Assembly: GCA_001661245.1 (NCBI GenBank)
Contig: KV454011.1
Span: 2,099,271 to 2,163,270, forward strand
Direction: 5' to 3'
DNA from: Pachysolen tannophilus NRRL Y-2460
Taxonomy: Eukaryota
DNA: 64,000 nucleotides
Positions 37,730 to 51,790 of this stretch are shown here, one piece after another. The position numbers and the translations under genes were made by a program. Position 1 is the first letter of the stretch. The number at the start of each line of letters is the position of its first letter. A model generated the notes under the pieces. The model had not been told where the DNA came from and ran no database searches. It saw only the letters and a program-made list of their open reading frames with translations.

Positions 37730-38843
37730 TTATAAAACTGTGTCTTCACCCATGTGTGAAAACCCACGGAACTTTTCTTGCATGGAAGAGCTCAATACGG
37801 AGTTCACAGGTGTCAATCTTGGGGTCTCTGAAGTAAATTCATCATCAAAATTTGAAATATCATGTGGAGATTTTACTTCTGGTAAATAAGGTGGAGCAAC
37901 TTTACGGCTCAATATATCTGAAAAATTAACATTATTAAAATAACTATGTTCCATAACTTCTTCTGCATCTCTTGGACCTGATCCCAATCTTTTCAGAGGA
38001 TCTCTTGTTAATAATTGTTGTAAAATATCCACCGAATCACGGGCCATTTGAACAGGATAAAGTGGTTCATCGGTTAAAATCGAATTGAAAACTTCATCAT
38101 CATCTTCACCTCTAAAAGGAGATTGACTCAATAACATTTGATAAAGTAAGACACCAAACGCCCACCAATCAACTGCCTTACCATATTTCTGTTCTTTCAA
38201 AATTTCAGGAGCCATAAATACTGGAGTACCACAAAAAGTCGATGTAGTATTACCAAAATGCATATCTTCTTTACATAACCCATAATCTGCAATCTTGATA
38301 TGACCCTCTGTGGTTAATAATATGTTATCCAATTTTAAATCACGATATATTACACCATTCTCATGCAAGTATTTTAAAGCCAATAATACTTCTGCTGCAT
38401 AGAATTGAGCTCTCCTTTGTGAAAATCTTGTTTGCTGGATATGATACATTAAATCTCCACCAGAAACATATTCCATAACAAAATAAATTCTATTTTCTGT
38501 TTGAAAACAACAATGTAAATTTATTAAGAAAGGATGTCTTTCCTTGTTAGCAATTAAAAATACTCTCTTCTCGGATTTCGTACTTTCAACTTCATCATTT
38601 TCAATTATAAAATCTTTTTTCAAAACTTTTATAGCACATAATTTATGGGTATGACGTGATTCAGCCAACATAACTTTACCAAAATTACCTTTACCTAAAA
38701 CTGCTAAAAATTGGAAATCATCCAAACCAACTTTACGTCTATGACGGCGCTGACCTTTACTAGCCTCTTGAATGTGATGAGGGATTTGCTGCTGCTTTGC
38801 AGATGATGGCACAGATTCCTGTTGTATTTGTTGTATTTGTTGT

Positions 38844-38875
<32 letters not shown>

Positions 38876-41248
38876 TTTTCCTGGTATTTCAAACTCTTCC
38901 TCAGTAATTTCTTCATGGACAAAAGCATTAGGAGACACCTTTTCTGTTATAAACTCCTTACGGTAGACTTTACCTTCCAATAACGGCATCGACTCATAAT
39001 CTGTTGGTTGCTCTTCGTCCAACTCTCCACCATCCAGAGATTGAGCTAATTGCCATTGATCAGCTGAATCTGGAGATTTTCTTGTTAATGACTCACTGCT
39101 ATAGGGAACCGAAGCATTTGACCTATTTGCAGTGGAATATTCATAGCTATTATATCCTGGAAATACCCTTTGAGTTGGTGATGGGGTATTTGAACCAGCA
39201 ATTGTAGAAGACTGTTGTCCTTGAGAAATATTATATGAGGAAGTTTCTTCAGGAGGTATAGGAGGAAGTTTCTTATCCACTGGAGTTCCGACACCTTGCT
39301 CTTTTTCGGGGCCAACTTTATATCTGAATTGAGTGACATTATTACCACTTGCTAATGTTGAAGTTTCATTGCCGCTACTTCCTGTAACGGAACCACTGAC
39401 GCTTCCTTTTGTAGATTTAATAGTGGTTAAAATCTTATTAGCCATTTCCATAGACATACCACAAAAATCTGGAACCAAATGAGTACATTGAGCATGACAC
39501 ATAATACCACACTCAGTACATTTACGTACATTCTTACGACTCCATGGTAAAATGTAACCACAGTGGCAGCACCATTTAGTACCTCTGTTGGCAACAGGCT
39601 CAAATCTATGAGGAATACGATGGTTCAATTTGGCTTCATCTGGATCCATATCAGAACTTGATTTAGAGATACACTTGGTGACAATTTTTTGATAACATTT
39701 TTTGTGACAAAGCAATTTACAATCTTGGCATTGGAATCCTGTATAACGTAAGAAATCACCGCATAAGGCACAACACATAATATTGTAAAATTGTTTTTGA
39801 ACAAACTTGTGACCATGTTGTTCAAATACTTCTTCTTTCTTTTGACGAATAGCACCATGACGTCCCAATCCACCAATAAGTTCTTTTCTATTTTGAGCAT
39901 GATCATATTTTGTAAAACCTAATGTGACCAATATCTGCCCTGAAGGTTCTAAAATGTACCATGCACTTGTTGCAACAGGTTCATGGCCACCTGAAGAATT
40001 TGCGCTCGAAGAATTAAAATCACTGCCAGTGCCGGTTCCCGTTCCTGTCCCCGTTCCAGTGCCAGTGCCAGTGCCAGCACTAACGCTAGTTCCAAATCCT
40101 GTACCAGGCCCCGTACCTCCTCCAGCACTTCCAGGAGTAGAACTATTAGGAGCAACAGGAGGAGTAGAATTTAAAACATTCATAGTTCCAATTGATTTGC
40201 TAGGGGAATCAGGTAAATATGATGAATGTGGAAGCTGTGATGATACCGAATTAGCCTGTTGTAATTTTGAAGCGCTTATCCAACCACTATGATCTAACTC
40301 TTGGTTTAATTTTTTTTTACGAATTTCTTCAGTGATATCTGATAACAAAAACCAAATCATAGCTACTGGTATCAAATGATCACCAGATTTATCATAAACT
40401 GTTACTTCAATTTCGTTTCCTTTATCGACAGCGATATTAAATTCTTCGTTCCATCTATCAGAACGAGAACCACGTGTCTTGGCCATTTCAATACCATCTA
40501 CTTTAATGGTGATAACAGATTCTGGTCTTTTAGAAAATAAAGGAGACTCGATATGATCCACATCTCTAACTGTAGTTAATCCTATATGCAATGTCCCTGT
40601 CAACGGCTTCTTACGGAATTTTGGAGTATTCATGATTTCTGTATCACGAGTAACTTCACCAATATCCACATGCATATCTTGATAACGCTTCAAGGATTTT
40701 TTCAAAAGTTGAATCTTTTGATCACTTTCTATGCGTCCACTTTCTGCCTTTTCAGTACTTTGACGATCTCCATCCATTTGATATAATCTCGAGATTTTTT
40801 CATTTGCTTCCCTATATTGTTTTTCAACTTGAATTCTAAATTCCAACTGTTGTAACATAAATTGGATACGATGCCCCAACGATGGACAATCATATTTTAA
40901 CAAATCCAAACGAGTGAATGACGGTCTACCGGAATTAGAATTAACTGTTTGTAAATTTGAACCTGATAAATTAACTGGTTGATTACGATTAGCCAGTTGC
41001 AGCAGTCTATCATCCGCCGCCCCACGCTTCAGCAAATATTCACGTTGTTTCTGAAGACGTAATTTGGATAAGGTCTCTTGCAAATATTCAATATTTTGTT
41101 GTGCTTCCCTAATGGATGTATTACATTTTTGAATAACCGCCGTATTACCAGTTTTTTTCTTTAAATTAGCAGCACCAGCAGCTATATTTTTTTCTCGTTC
41201 TATTTTCTTTCTAATATCACTCAATACTGGGTCTTCATATTCAGACAT
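37730..41248 (-). CDS. PKC1: Protein kinase C
   Basis: Two HR1 repeats, C2 domain, pseudosubstrate RHGAIRQKK, two C1 domains, AGC kinase domain and tail FRGFSH. Confidence 0.98.
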
Positions 41249-42086
41249 CTTTGATCAGATCAAACTTTATGCGAAATCAAAAATCAAAAATCAAAAATCA
41301 AAAAAAAAAAAAAAATTATTTACAAATCAAATCAAATCAATCTTCTTTTCACAATTTTTCTTTTCTCTAGGTCTCGTTCTCTTTCAACTTTTTTTTTTCT
41401 TAATTTTAATTTATCTTCTAGTATTTGCAAAACCTCTATATTTTAAGCCCAGAATTTAAAAAGTACAAACCACTATTCTTGTTTTTTTGATTTAACAAAA
41501 AGGCAAAACAAAACACAACGAACAGAAATAATAATAATAATAATAAAAAAAAAAATAAAAAATAAAAAAAAAAATCTTCTTCTAACTTCTTCTTCTATCA
41601 ACAACTTCTTCTTCTACTTCTCTTCTTTTCCAGAATGATATAAAGATCAAAAACTTAAATTGATTGATCAACCTAATTTAAATAACAATCTATATTTATT
41701 TTTTCTTTTTTTTAATTTAAGTGTTTTCAAAAAGTAAAAGGTTAGTTGATGCTTGATAATAATAAATAAAAAGAAGAGATTCCTAAAACGGATTTTTTTT
41801 TTTTGATTGTTTTCACTTCGGGGCGCAAGACGCACGCACATAGTACAAATCAAGTAGTGAAGCTAGTTAAAGAATACTATGAATACTATGAATACTATGG
41901 TTGGTAAGGGCTAGAAAGACATTTATAAGTTATAATAACCGCTGAAATAAGATCATTCGATTGCTTATAATATGCAGTAGGTTTCATCTCTTTTGTAGAT
42001 CTATCTGTTCTGGATTATTTTTTTTTACAAGTAAAGTGTATTAACTATATATTTTTGTATCTAATTTAATTTAGTGGGTTTTTTCC

Positions 42087-45000
42087 CTATTTACTATTAC
42101 ATCTGCAATTGCAATCAGGCACAGGACAGACGTAATGTTTCGAAAACCATTCTTCTGCGTGTCCAGAGTGCATTCCATGGTTGCAGGATAAACAGAAACT
42201 AAACCATTCTTTAAATTTTCTTTCAATGGTGTTATTGGTGGTTGCGGCGGCGGCGCTGCCGCCAAGAGCAACGGCGCCTCCGCCGTTGCTCTCAATAAAT
42301 GAAAACTCTCTTCCTCCATAGTGGTGCTGGTGGTGGTGGTTACTATTGTTGTTTCTGTCGTTCTTAGCGTGAGCCAGCATTTGTGTTTTGTCACTGTCGC
42401 CGGCACTAGCATTAGCATTCGCACTAGCATTGGTATTGGCATTGGCACCGCTACCAGCATTGGCTCTACTACTGGCACCCACGAACCCATTAGCAATCTC
42501 ATCAGGAATAGGCGATCCTAAAGTTAATAAGCATATGGCGCACCGAGGAAGTGAGGCTCCACAATGCGGACATTTACCTTTCGCAGTATCGGGTTTCCCA
42601 AACCTTGAAGCAGCAGAGTTTGATGCCACAACTGATGCTGAACTGTTATTGGTGCCATTAAATCGCTTGATATTATGATTCAGTTTTGTAGGTTGGAAAA
42701 TGTTTTTATTACACCTCGAACATTGCAAAAAAACTTGTCTTTGTACAGGTTTTATGGTCAAATCTCCCGTAAATGCTTCAGAAAGTTTTGATCTGGCAAC
42801 ATCAAATTTAGCTCTCACATTAAATAAACTCCAACTATTTAATAAAGTTCTGTAGGATTCAACCCAATGCTCAACTCTTTCATCGTTGAAATACCGTGGA
42901 CATCCAAATGACGAAATTAGTGCTGCCGTTTGAACATCACTTGTCTTATCAACATATGATTGTAATAGATCAACACCTTTCGGTGTAATACCAGTCAATA
43001 TAAGCCCTTCCAACTCTCCACTATTAATGGCCTTGTCAGCAATCCTATTTAAATATATACTTAAATCTCTATCGGATAAAAACCGTAATGCAACACCAAG
43101 TTTTTCTTGTAAAGGTAATGAAGATTCATCCAACACATCCCACCAATCATTATCAGCAATGAAGGCAAAGATCGATCTCAAATAAGGATCCCCAAGTTCT
43201 GAAGCCATACGACGACATTGCTCTTTCCAAGGAGCATTGTTTGGTATATCTTTATATGCTACGTAACCAGCAATAGCAGTAGACATTATTCTTAATCTCT
43301 CTTTTTTAGAATTACCCAATATCTCAACAGCTTTAAGCACATCTCCATGGAAAACTGCCCAACCTGCAGCCTTCTCGTATTTACCCTTTTCAACAAGTAA
43401 TTTAAGCCTGTCATCTAATTCTTGTTTGGTAAAATCCCACCCAACAACATAAAGACAAAGTCTACGTTGACTATATTTATCACTATTGATATCAATACTC
43501 AAATTTTGTGCGTGTGTTTCACTTCTAACTGAAACAATTTCTTTGACAGCTTTAATAAATCTTTTTTCATCAAGTGCAAACCTACATCTTCTTTGATTTA
43601 CAAAACTTTCAACCCCATTCCATATTCCGAGAACACCTTCATATCCTAAATCAACATTGTTTGAAATCATGGTCTTGGATCGAAGTGATTCGCCAGATAT
43701 CGCTAACCATCTCCAAGTATTTCTTAAATGTAAATTAGATTCAACTGTGATTAAACTTTCAACAAGTGCAATATTTTTTTCACAGTTAGTACCATATCCA
43801 AGCATCGTTCTCCTTCTTATTGTTGAGGAAATATCATTTTCCAACAATTCTTCTGGATCTATGAGCGAATCGCCCACAGTGTAAATATCGTGGCTTCCAG
43901 ATCGACTCTCACCTTCCAATGGAGATAATAAAATATCATCACCTTCTTCTTCTTCTTCCGCATCTTCGATATCTTCTTCTTCTTTTTCTTCATCACCTTC
44001 ATCATCATCAAAATTAATTCTTTTCTCAACATCTCGATCCTCTCCTTTTTCTCCCTTATGGTTTCCACCTGAGTTTATTTCGGTAGAAGAAGCCAAATTA
44101 TCAATATTTTTACTAAATCTTCTGTTACCATTAGTAGCACTAGAGATAGCATTATGGTTATTCAATTCAGAAGCGGTGGCTTTATTCGGCTTATCTTCCG
44201 TAATTTTCTGCTCGACTACATCTTTAACCAATTTTGTAAACGTACCTGAAACACCACTAAATACAATGTCATTAAAAGAATCGAGCTCAAGTGCAGTAGG
44301 ACTTTCTACAACTGACATCCGATAAACTGAACCTGACTGTCTCATACAAACAAAATTTATGCCAAATGGGCTATTTGGATCTGGATTATAATCAAATGAA
44401 ATAACTCTCTCATATTTTGTCTTGACATCATTAACTTTGACAACAAATAATGACTCTGAGGGTTTACTGATATGCAGATTACCTTCCAAATGATTATTGT
44501 TAGAGTGTAAAAAAGTTTCATATTTCTTAATTTCTGATCTCAATGGAGGTACTATACCAGTATTCCATCTTCTAATCAAATCCCCATTGAACAACGTCGA
44601 GAACTCGCCTCTTCTTAGTGAAGAGTACCTGAAGCAAGCAGCACTATATGTGTTTTTTCTAGTATCATTTAGCAACTTATTAAAAGTCAACAAAGGCCCT
44701 TCTGAAACAACATTTGCGTGAGAAGAAGCATTAGCTGCTTTACTTGCCGGCAAATTCTTATTTATGGAAGTTAATTTACGTCTATCCCAAACAGACAAAG
44801 TTCCATCTTCTCCGTAGGAGGCAAATAGATAAGGTGTAAATGGGTCAACCGCAATTCCAGCAGTACACGTACTAGCCAATTGGAAAACTGGTTTCTCTGA
44901 TCGAAGATCAAATTCTCTTAAAAATTTATAACTACCTGTGATTAAATTATTCTGCTCTTCTGGATGGAAACAAGTTGATAGCACAACCTCATTTTGCACG

Positions 45001-45516
45001 TACGACATTAACGGCTTCGAGATGTGATCATTGCTTCCAATTTTCGAATAATGTTCAATATTCCATATCTGCAAACTGGTATCCTGTCTTGCTTTATCAA
45101 AACCTAATGCAAGAAGCCCATTGTTATTAAATGAAATAGAATTACAAGGTCTACTTTGCTTTGGTTTCAAGCTTAATAAAGACGAACTCGGAGAAGTAAT
45201 ATCAAATACATATGCATTACCATTTATTTGACCAACACATGTAAGGCCAACATCTTTTTGAGAATAGTTGGAACAATTTATAGAATCAAACCCAGTTTTA
45301 GTGCTCAATTTAACAATGCTTTCATCTTCATTCTAAACACCAAAAAATATTTAGTAAAACATACTTCTTTAACTTTCATGATAATAATCTATTAAATGTA
45401 CTTACTTTTGCTGAATTATCTGTCTGATAGAGAGAAACATCTTCTCGATTAACAGCTAAATAGCGCTGCTCATTATGAACATCCCAATTAAATGTCCGAA
45501 CAATTGATCCTACCAT
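42087..45516 (-). CDS. SEA4: SEACAT/GATOR2 subunit Sea4 (MIOS); exons 45516-45406 and 45332-42087
   Basis: WD40 N-terminus, alpha-solenoid (YEKAAGWAVFHGD, DPYLR), C-terminal LPRCAIC...CNHGMH.GHAEEWF RING. Adjacent to PKC1, as in S. cerevisiae. Confidence 0.94.
45333..45405 (-). other. Short (73 nt) spliceosomal intron in SEA4
   Basis: GTAAGT donor, variant branch TACTAAA (45356-45350), TAG acceptor. A 37-codon exon 1 joins in phase 0 and supplies the missing ATG. Confidence 0.8.
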
Positions 45517-45811
45517 TCATCCATATATCTTCTATTTTCACAAAGATTCTTGAATTAAATCTTTGAATTTAAAAAATAATTTATCTTTTACAATATGTTT
45601 TTTCTTTTTTGCTTATTTACTGTTTTCATACTATTTAGGAGAGGTTGAAAAATACAAAAAATTAAAAATTAAGAGATGAATATCAATTTGATTTCCTTTG
45701 TTAACTAACTATCTATGATAAGTAAACTATTTTTTTTTCTTTCTTTTTTTTCTTTCTATCTACATTGAAATGAATTTCAAAACAAAAGTTAATAATATTA
45801 CAATAAACAGA

Positions 45812-48177
45812 TTATGACTTCAGATATTTTCTTTCCAATTCCTCGATGTCAGTCAAACCTTCTTCTTCTGCAACTTTAGGACCAATCCATTCTTTAAATT
45901 CTAAATCAATACCATCTACTTTAAACTCATCTTTGTCCAATATTTCTGCGAAATTGCAATTTCCCGATTCTTGTTTAATTTTCATTTTTATTGCTGCTTC
46001 TGAAGTTAAAGCATTTTTATATCTATAAGCCCGTTCCTTTTTCCATCTTTTGAAAGATTTGTGTAAATTTGCTGTAGCGTTTCCTCTAATGGAAGTTATA
46101 ATTCCTGTTAATTTCGTAAAGTCAGTTATAAATTCAGAAACAGATTCATATTTATAGTTTTCGGTTTTAGCCACAATTTCTTTGAATGATAATATATGTT
46201 CTTGATTTGTATTATATTCTGGAGGAACTTCAAAATCACTCAAGCCTCCACTGCTGTCCATTACACTTTTGATACGACCTAATAATCCTTCTATAAGATA
46301 GGTGACTGGAAAATACAACAACTGCAGAGATGTTAATCTAATATCATCAATTTTTTGCTGTGCTTGAGTTCTCTTCATCGTTGTATTCGATAAGTCAATC
46401 AACTTATCAACATCCAGGGTCAATTCATTTAAAACGGCCAATCTTTCGGTAATTTCTTGATCTGTTAATAATCCATTTTGTGCGGTATCAAGTCTTTTAA
46501 TCAACGGTGCTCCTCTCTTATATTCTCTTTTCAAAGACCAATATGTTGCTAATTTATAAAGTAATTTTTCAGCATCATCAAGCTTGATTTGATTTTGATC
46601 CAAAAATATCAACAATCTATTAATAAATAATTGTGGTGCAATTGGAGTTCCTAAACTTGATTTCCATCTAAAAGGTACTTCTCTTTCATTTCTTTTTTTG
46701 CTAGATTTGGGTCTATTAAATTTTTCACTTCTATCTTTAATTGCACCTACTGTTGCATAATATAATCTTGTTTTTTCTAATCCTTTTTTAACATCATGAT
46801 GTAAATTCCAACTAGTTGGTCCATGTCTATCACAGTATGAAACTAAGGAGGATGGATTATTTATTGCACCTTGTGTACCTTGTTTCATTCGCATATATAA
46901 TTCTGATCTCCTAGCACAAGTTACATGATATGCAGAAAAACAATTTTTATTTGAACATTGAATACAGGCACCAATTTTTTGTTTACAAATATAACAAATT
47001 AATTTCCACCTACTTTTTGGAACCAATTCTAACCCTTCAATTGGTTCCATATATATTGGATTTGCAAAATATAATTCATTTATCCATAATGCACAAATTA
47101 CATGTCCCCAAGAACCATTATCTGTTTGTTTAAAAGCACCAGTGGTACTAGGACAAAATAAACATGGTGATTTGTTTTTTCTTGAAATCAAACAACGACG
47201 ACAAAGCCATTGTCCCTCTGGGATAAATACAACACCATAACATTCTTGGTGAACAGCAATATCACAACCATCACAAAATACAATTGCATTGGAATTATCG
47301 CATTCGCTTTCATTACAAACAGCACAACATTGATCCTCTTCTGGTCTACCTCCAGTACCATCATCTGATCCATAAATTGAAGTATATGCGGTGGCTTTAT
47401 TTATAAATTCTTCATTATTTAACAACTCTACAGGTTTACTTTTTGGAGGTAAAATTTTTTCTAATAAGTACCATTCTTTTTCAAAAAATGTAAAAATAAT
47501 TTCTAAAATTTCATTTGTTAATCTATTTTGATTTAAAGCATCACGAGTTTCATTAACCAATTTTATAAATGACAAGTCCTGCTCGTCCATATCATACAAG
47601 ACTTCAAATCTATCCATTATAGTTAAAGTATTTCTTATGAGTCCGTTCTTTGAGCTATCCCAACGCATATATGTTTCAGTTATTTTTGATTTATGAAATT
47701 CATTAAATTCGTTATATCCTAAATTTGCAATATTTTTAGGTAATTTTTTTCAAATAAAGTTGTAGTAAGATTTGCATTATCATTTTCCAGTGGAATTTTC
47801 CTGAAAATAGGTTTTTTCAAATTCAGTTGTAAATCTTTATTTATTGTTCCAACGCTATTATCTATAGAATTATTATAAATATAATCATTGTTTTCTTCCC
47901 CTTCTGGAACAGTAATGACTTCAGTACTAGTGTTGGCACTTTCCTCATCTCCTTCTATAACAAACACCTTGAGCGGCTTCTCATCATCCAAATCGGGATA
48001 AAATTCTTTATAATCTCTTTCTTCTCTAGGTTTTAAATCAAAAATAGGAATTGAAGCACTAGGTGTAGTTGACGCTGAACTACGATTACTGGTACTACCA
48101 GATAATAACGATCTCCTCCCTCGTCCTCTTCTAGAACCACTTTTCCATCCACGTTTAGTAGAAACTGTAGCGTTCAT
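45812..48177 (-). CDS. NTO1: NuA3 PHD-finger subunit Nto1, split into two ORFs by one frameshift at 47744-47750
   Basis: Upstream ORF has KPREERDYKEFYPDLD. Downstream ORF has YDMDEQD (EPC-N), PHD CDGCDIAVHQECYG and the PZP module. The frames join if one A is added in the A7 run. Confidence 0.9.
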
Positions 48178-49402
48178 TGGCCTATTATAAGTACACTCTC
48201 ACTCAAATTTATCTGTAAAATACGAATAACCATTATCTGTCTACCAATCTGTATACCAATCTGTATTAATATTTATATATTTATGTTTTATACACATACA
48301 ATTCAAGTTTTTTTTTCCTCATTATTGTCATCGTAAATCAAAACAACAAATTCTGCCAAAACAAAAAACAAAAATTTTTTAAAAAAAATCGCAACTTACG
48401 TGTCACTAATTAAAAAAGTTAAACCTTTTTTAGGAAACTTGATATTATATGTACTACTATTTTATGGACTCTTTGTGTCTTTTGTGTCGCTTATGTTTTT
48501 TTTCATGTCATGTGTCAATATCTTCTGTTCGTTTTTATTTGATATTAAGAGAACTACTACTATTTTGATTAGCCAAATTTCACCTTTTTTTTCCCTTTTT
48601 TTTCTTTTTTGGCTCCAGAAAAAGGGGTGTTTTGCAACTACACCGTTTTGCAGCTAAAACCGTTAGATTGCTGCGCTATATGTATCACCCCTAATATAGG
48701 ATAGGAGGGTTATTTAAATCATTAATACAGAATAACTATTTAAAAAGTTTTTTTTTTTTTTTTTTTGTTATATTAAATTTATTCTAGATCTTTCATATTT
48801 ATTTTATCTTGACAAAAATTGATCTAAAAAATATTTTATTAGTAGCTATGACTTTTTATTTTTTTTTTTTTTTTTTTGCTTTAAATTAGTTTCAAAAGTT
48901 TGAGATGTATGCATAAGTCTCTTGGTAAAAAAATAAAAAGAAAATTTGTGCTAAAAGTAAAGACCTAATTTCTTTATGTACGGAAAGAAAACTATTCTTT
49001 AAACTTTGAAAACCTTGAAACCCCCCTCTAATGTAGTTAGTTATCTATCGTTTTCTTTTTCTTTTTTTTTATTTTAATTTTTTTTTTTTTTTTTTTTCGT
49101 AGTTCTGCCAACAAACTTTAGATATTATGGGCTTGTTATTGAAAAAAGTGATTGCTATCATGAAATGATATAGATCAGAAAAATAAGTTAAATAAAATAT
49201 GCAAAATCCACTAAAAAATTATTCTTGATAGAGATATTGGTAGTTAAAGAGTATATCATTATGAGGAAAATTCAAGTAAAGTGATCCTTATAAATTAAAA
49301 GAAATACTTTTCTTTTTTTTTTTTTTTTTTGCTTTTTGGTTTTTGCTATTGTAATTGTGTTTTTGTATGCTGAATTTTTGAAAAAGGGTCAAATTCACAA
49401 AA

Positions 49403-50548
49403 ATGGATCAGTTTATGGACCCTTTTCAAGTTGGTAATAGAAATGACTTGAAAAAAACTGAGGTTCATCTGAATGGATGTGTTACTCTCAAGATCACAAG
49501 GGAAACAGAAAGGAATGAGGGGAAGGAGAAGGAGAAGGAGAAAAATGAAGAAGATGATGATGCCATGCTTGTTGATTCGACAAAACCAATGAATTTATTG
49601 GATCCTAAATCGAGACTTTCAAAGCACTGGTTCAATCAACCTTTTGATAGTAATTTGAATCATGATATAGGAAATAGGACACCAATGGGGGGAAATAATC
49701 GTACAACTCCTCAAAAGCGACATCCTTCTTCTTCTTCTTCTTTTTCTTTATCAGGTTCAAGTTCCAATACTTTCCAAGCACAGGCTAGAATGGGTAGTAT
49801 TGGAAGTACTAATAGTAATAATTATACTAGACGTAAAGTATCTAAAAAAGATGAATCTCAAGTTCAAGAAGATAAGAAACCTGTTCCTAGAAAACTTAAA
49901 TTTGCTAGGTCAATGCTGTCTTTAGGAAATAAATTTAGAGAAAGTTATTATCCATCTTCTTCAAATGATTTATCAGGTTTGAATGAATCTTTTATAAATG
50001 ATACCGATTCTGTGAATTCAAAAAGTTCTTTATTTAGTAAAGATTCACTTAATAGATTTTTCACCAGATCTGCTTCATTAAATAACATTAGAAGTTCACC
50101 AAAGAAGAAGAAAAAATTATCAGATCAAACACCATTTTTACTTGATAAAGATAAAGCCAATTCACCAATAAATGATCATTTAAGAAAAGAATTTTCAAAA
50201 AGTAATAATAATAATAATAATGATAATTTGATTGAATATTCTTCTTCACCAAATACTACTGATTATGAGATATCAACCCCAAAAATGATAAGTTCTTTAG
50301 AAGAAACTTTACAGTTTAACCCAAGAGATGATCCAGATTATAAAAATTTCTTATCTTCCAAAAATAGAATTCGCTCACATAACTCCACAACTCAATTTCA
50401 AGAAATGCTTGCAAAACACAAGAGAGATATAGATCAAAAAAATAGAAATAAGGGTAAAGAAAGAGCTCTTGAATTCATTTGTAAACTGACAGGTCAACGA
50501 AATTTCAGTCAGCTGTCCTTTAGGTTTTCCAGATATTACGAAAGGTGA
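49403..50548 (+). CDS. Hypothetical Ser/Asn/Lys-rich protein
   Basis: 381-codon ORF with good ATG context (AAAATGG) in AT-rich DNA; no family recognised. Confidence 0.75.
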   Translation: MDQFMDPFQVGNRNDLKKTEVHLNGCVTLKITRETERNEGKEKEKEKNEEDDDAMLVDSTKPMNLLDPKSRLSKHWFNQPFDSNLNHDIGNRTPMGGNNRTTPQKRHPSSSSSFSLSGSSSNTFQAQARMGSIGSTNSNNYTRRKVSKKDESQVQEDKKPVPRKLKFARSMLSLGNKFRESYYPSSSNDLSGLNESFINDTDSVNSKSSLFSKDSLNRFFTRSASLNNIRSSPKKKKKLSDQTPFLLDKDKANSPINDHLRKEFSKSNNNNNNDNLIEYSSSPNTTDYEISTPKMISSLEETLQFNPRDDPDYKNFLSSKNRIRSHNSTTQFQEMLAKHKRDIDQKNRNKGKERALEFICKLTGQRNFSQLSFRFSRYYER

Positions 50549-51740
50549 AATCAAATTATTCTTTTTTTTTTTCTTATTTTTTTTTATTTCGCACATTCAT
50601 TTCCTAGAGAAACTTTTACATATTTAATAAATAGGCATTTTCACATTCACTAATTATTTGCTTTCATTTGCTTTCATTTGCTTTCATTTGCTTTTTTTTT
50701 TCATTTTTTATTCTTATCTCTATTTCTATTTCTGTTTCTTTCACTTTCCTTAATGTATATAAATGAGTGAATTCAAATATAAATCCAAATGAATAAGGTT
50801 AATTTGAACCTAACGGTCGGGAAACTTAAAAGAGCCATCCATATGAGCCGCAATTTCAATTTTTTTTTTTCATTTTTTTTTTTGTTTAAAGTTTTACGAA
50901 ACCGAAGCATAAACGAAATCTTACATAACCAGGGCCTTGGGAAAGCAATAATTTTAATTGGCATAAGATGTAGTTATAGTTTTAGGTTATTGTGGAGAAC
51001 TGATATGGATCATGGATAACAGTTTCTTACCACCAGGTTACCACAAGGTTTACCGATATAGTTTTAAATTTAACAATATAGCCATATGCAAGCTGGGAGC
51101 AAAATCAATTCTTACCGAAATTTTCTCTGCCACCCCTATTTCTATCCCTTTCAAAACCTAATTGAAACATTGATAAATTCTACAGAGAAATATAATTCAA
51201 AGGCTTAAACTAATATTTCTTCCTCGAGGAGCAATAGATATTTTCGAAAAAAAAAATATATGTATATATATAAAAAAAAAAAGTTCATGCTTCAATTACT
51301 ACTGTACTTCGCTTTCCCCTACCTACTCAATGAGCTGATCCAAAAAATCACTTCCCAAATCAGTCTGAAAAATTTTTTCACATTTTTTTTCATATTTTTC
51401 ATTTTTTTCTCTCTTTCTTTGCTAGAACGTTACATTAGCTTGGACACAGGAAAAGGGCACAGGAAATTAAAATGAAAAAAAAAATAATAATAATTCTAAT
51501 TAAGACTGCATTTAGAACTAATAGGATAGATGCAACCATTTAAGCTAGATTTTTTCTCTCACTGTAAGTGAGAAAATATAAGTATAAATGTAAATGTAAG
51601 TGTAAGTGTCTTTTCTTTTTTTTTTTTTTCTCTCTCTTATACAGTTAAATTGCTTTCTCTTGATTGTTTCAAAAAGATAAATACAAATGAAACTTTCCAC
51701 TTTAACTTGTAAGCCTGGTAGGTATTCTCAAGAATATTCT

Positions 51741-51790
51741 TGTAAGCCAGTGTAAGCCAGTGTAAGCCAGTGTAAGCCAGTAAGTAAGCC
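51741..51790 (+). repeat. Tandem 10-mer (TGTAAGCCAG) x4 plus a partial copy
   Basis: Directly visible; a related copy TGTAAGCCTG lies at about 51708-51717. Confidence 0.95.
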
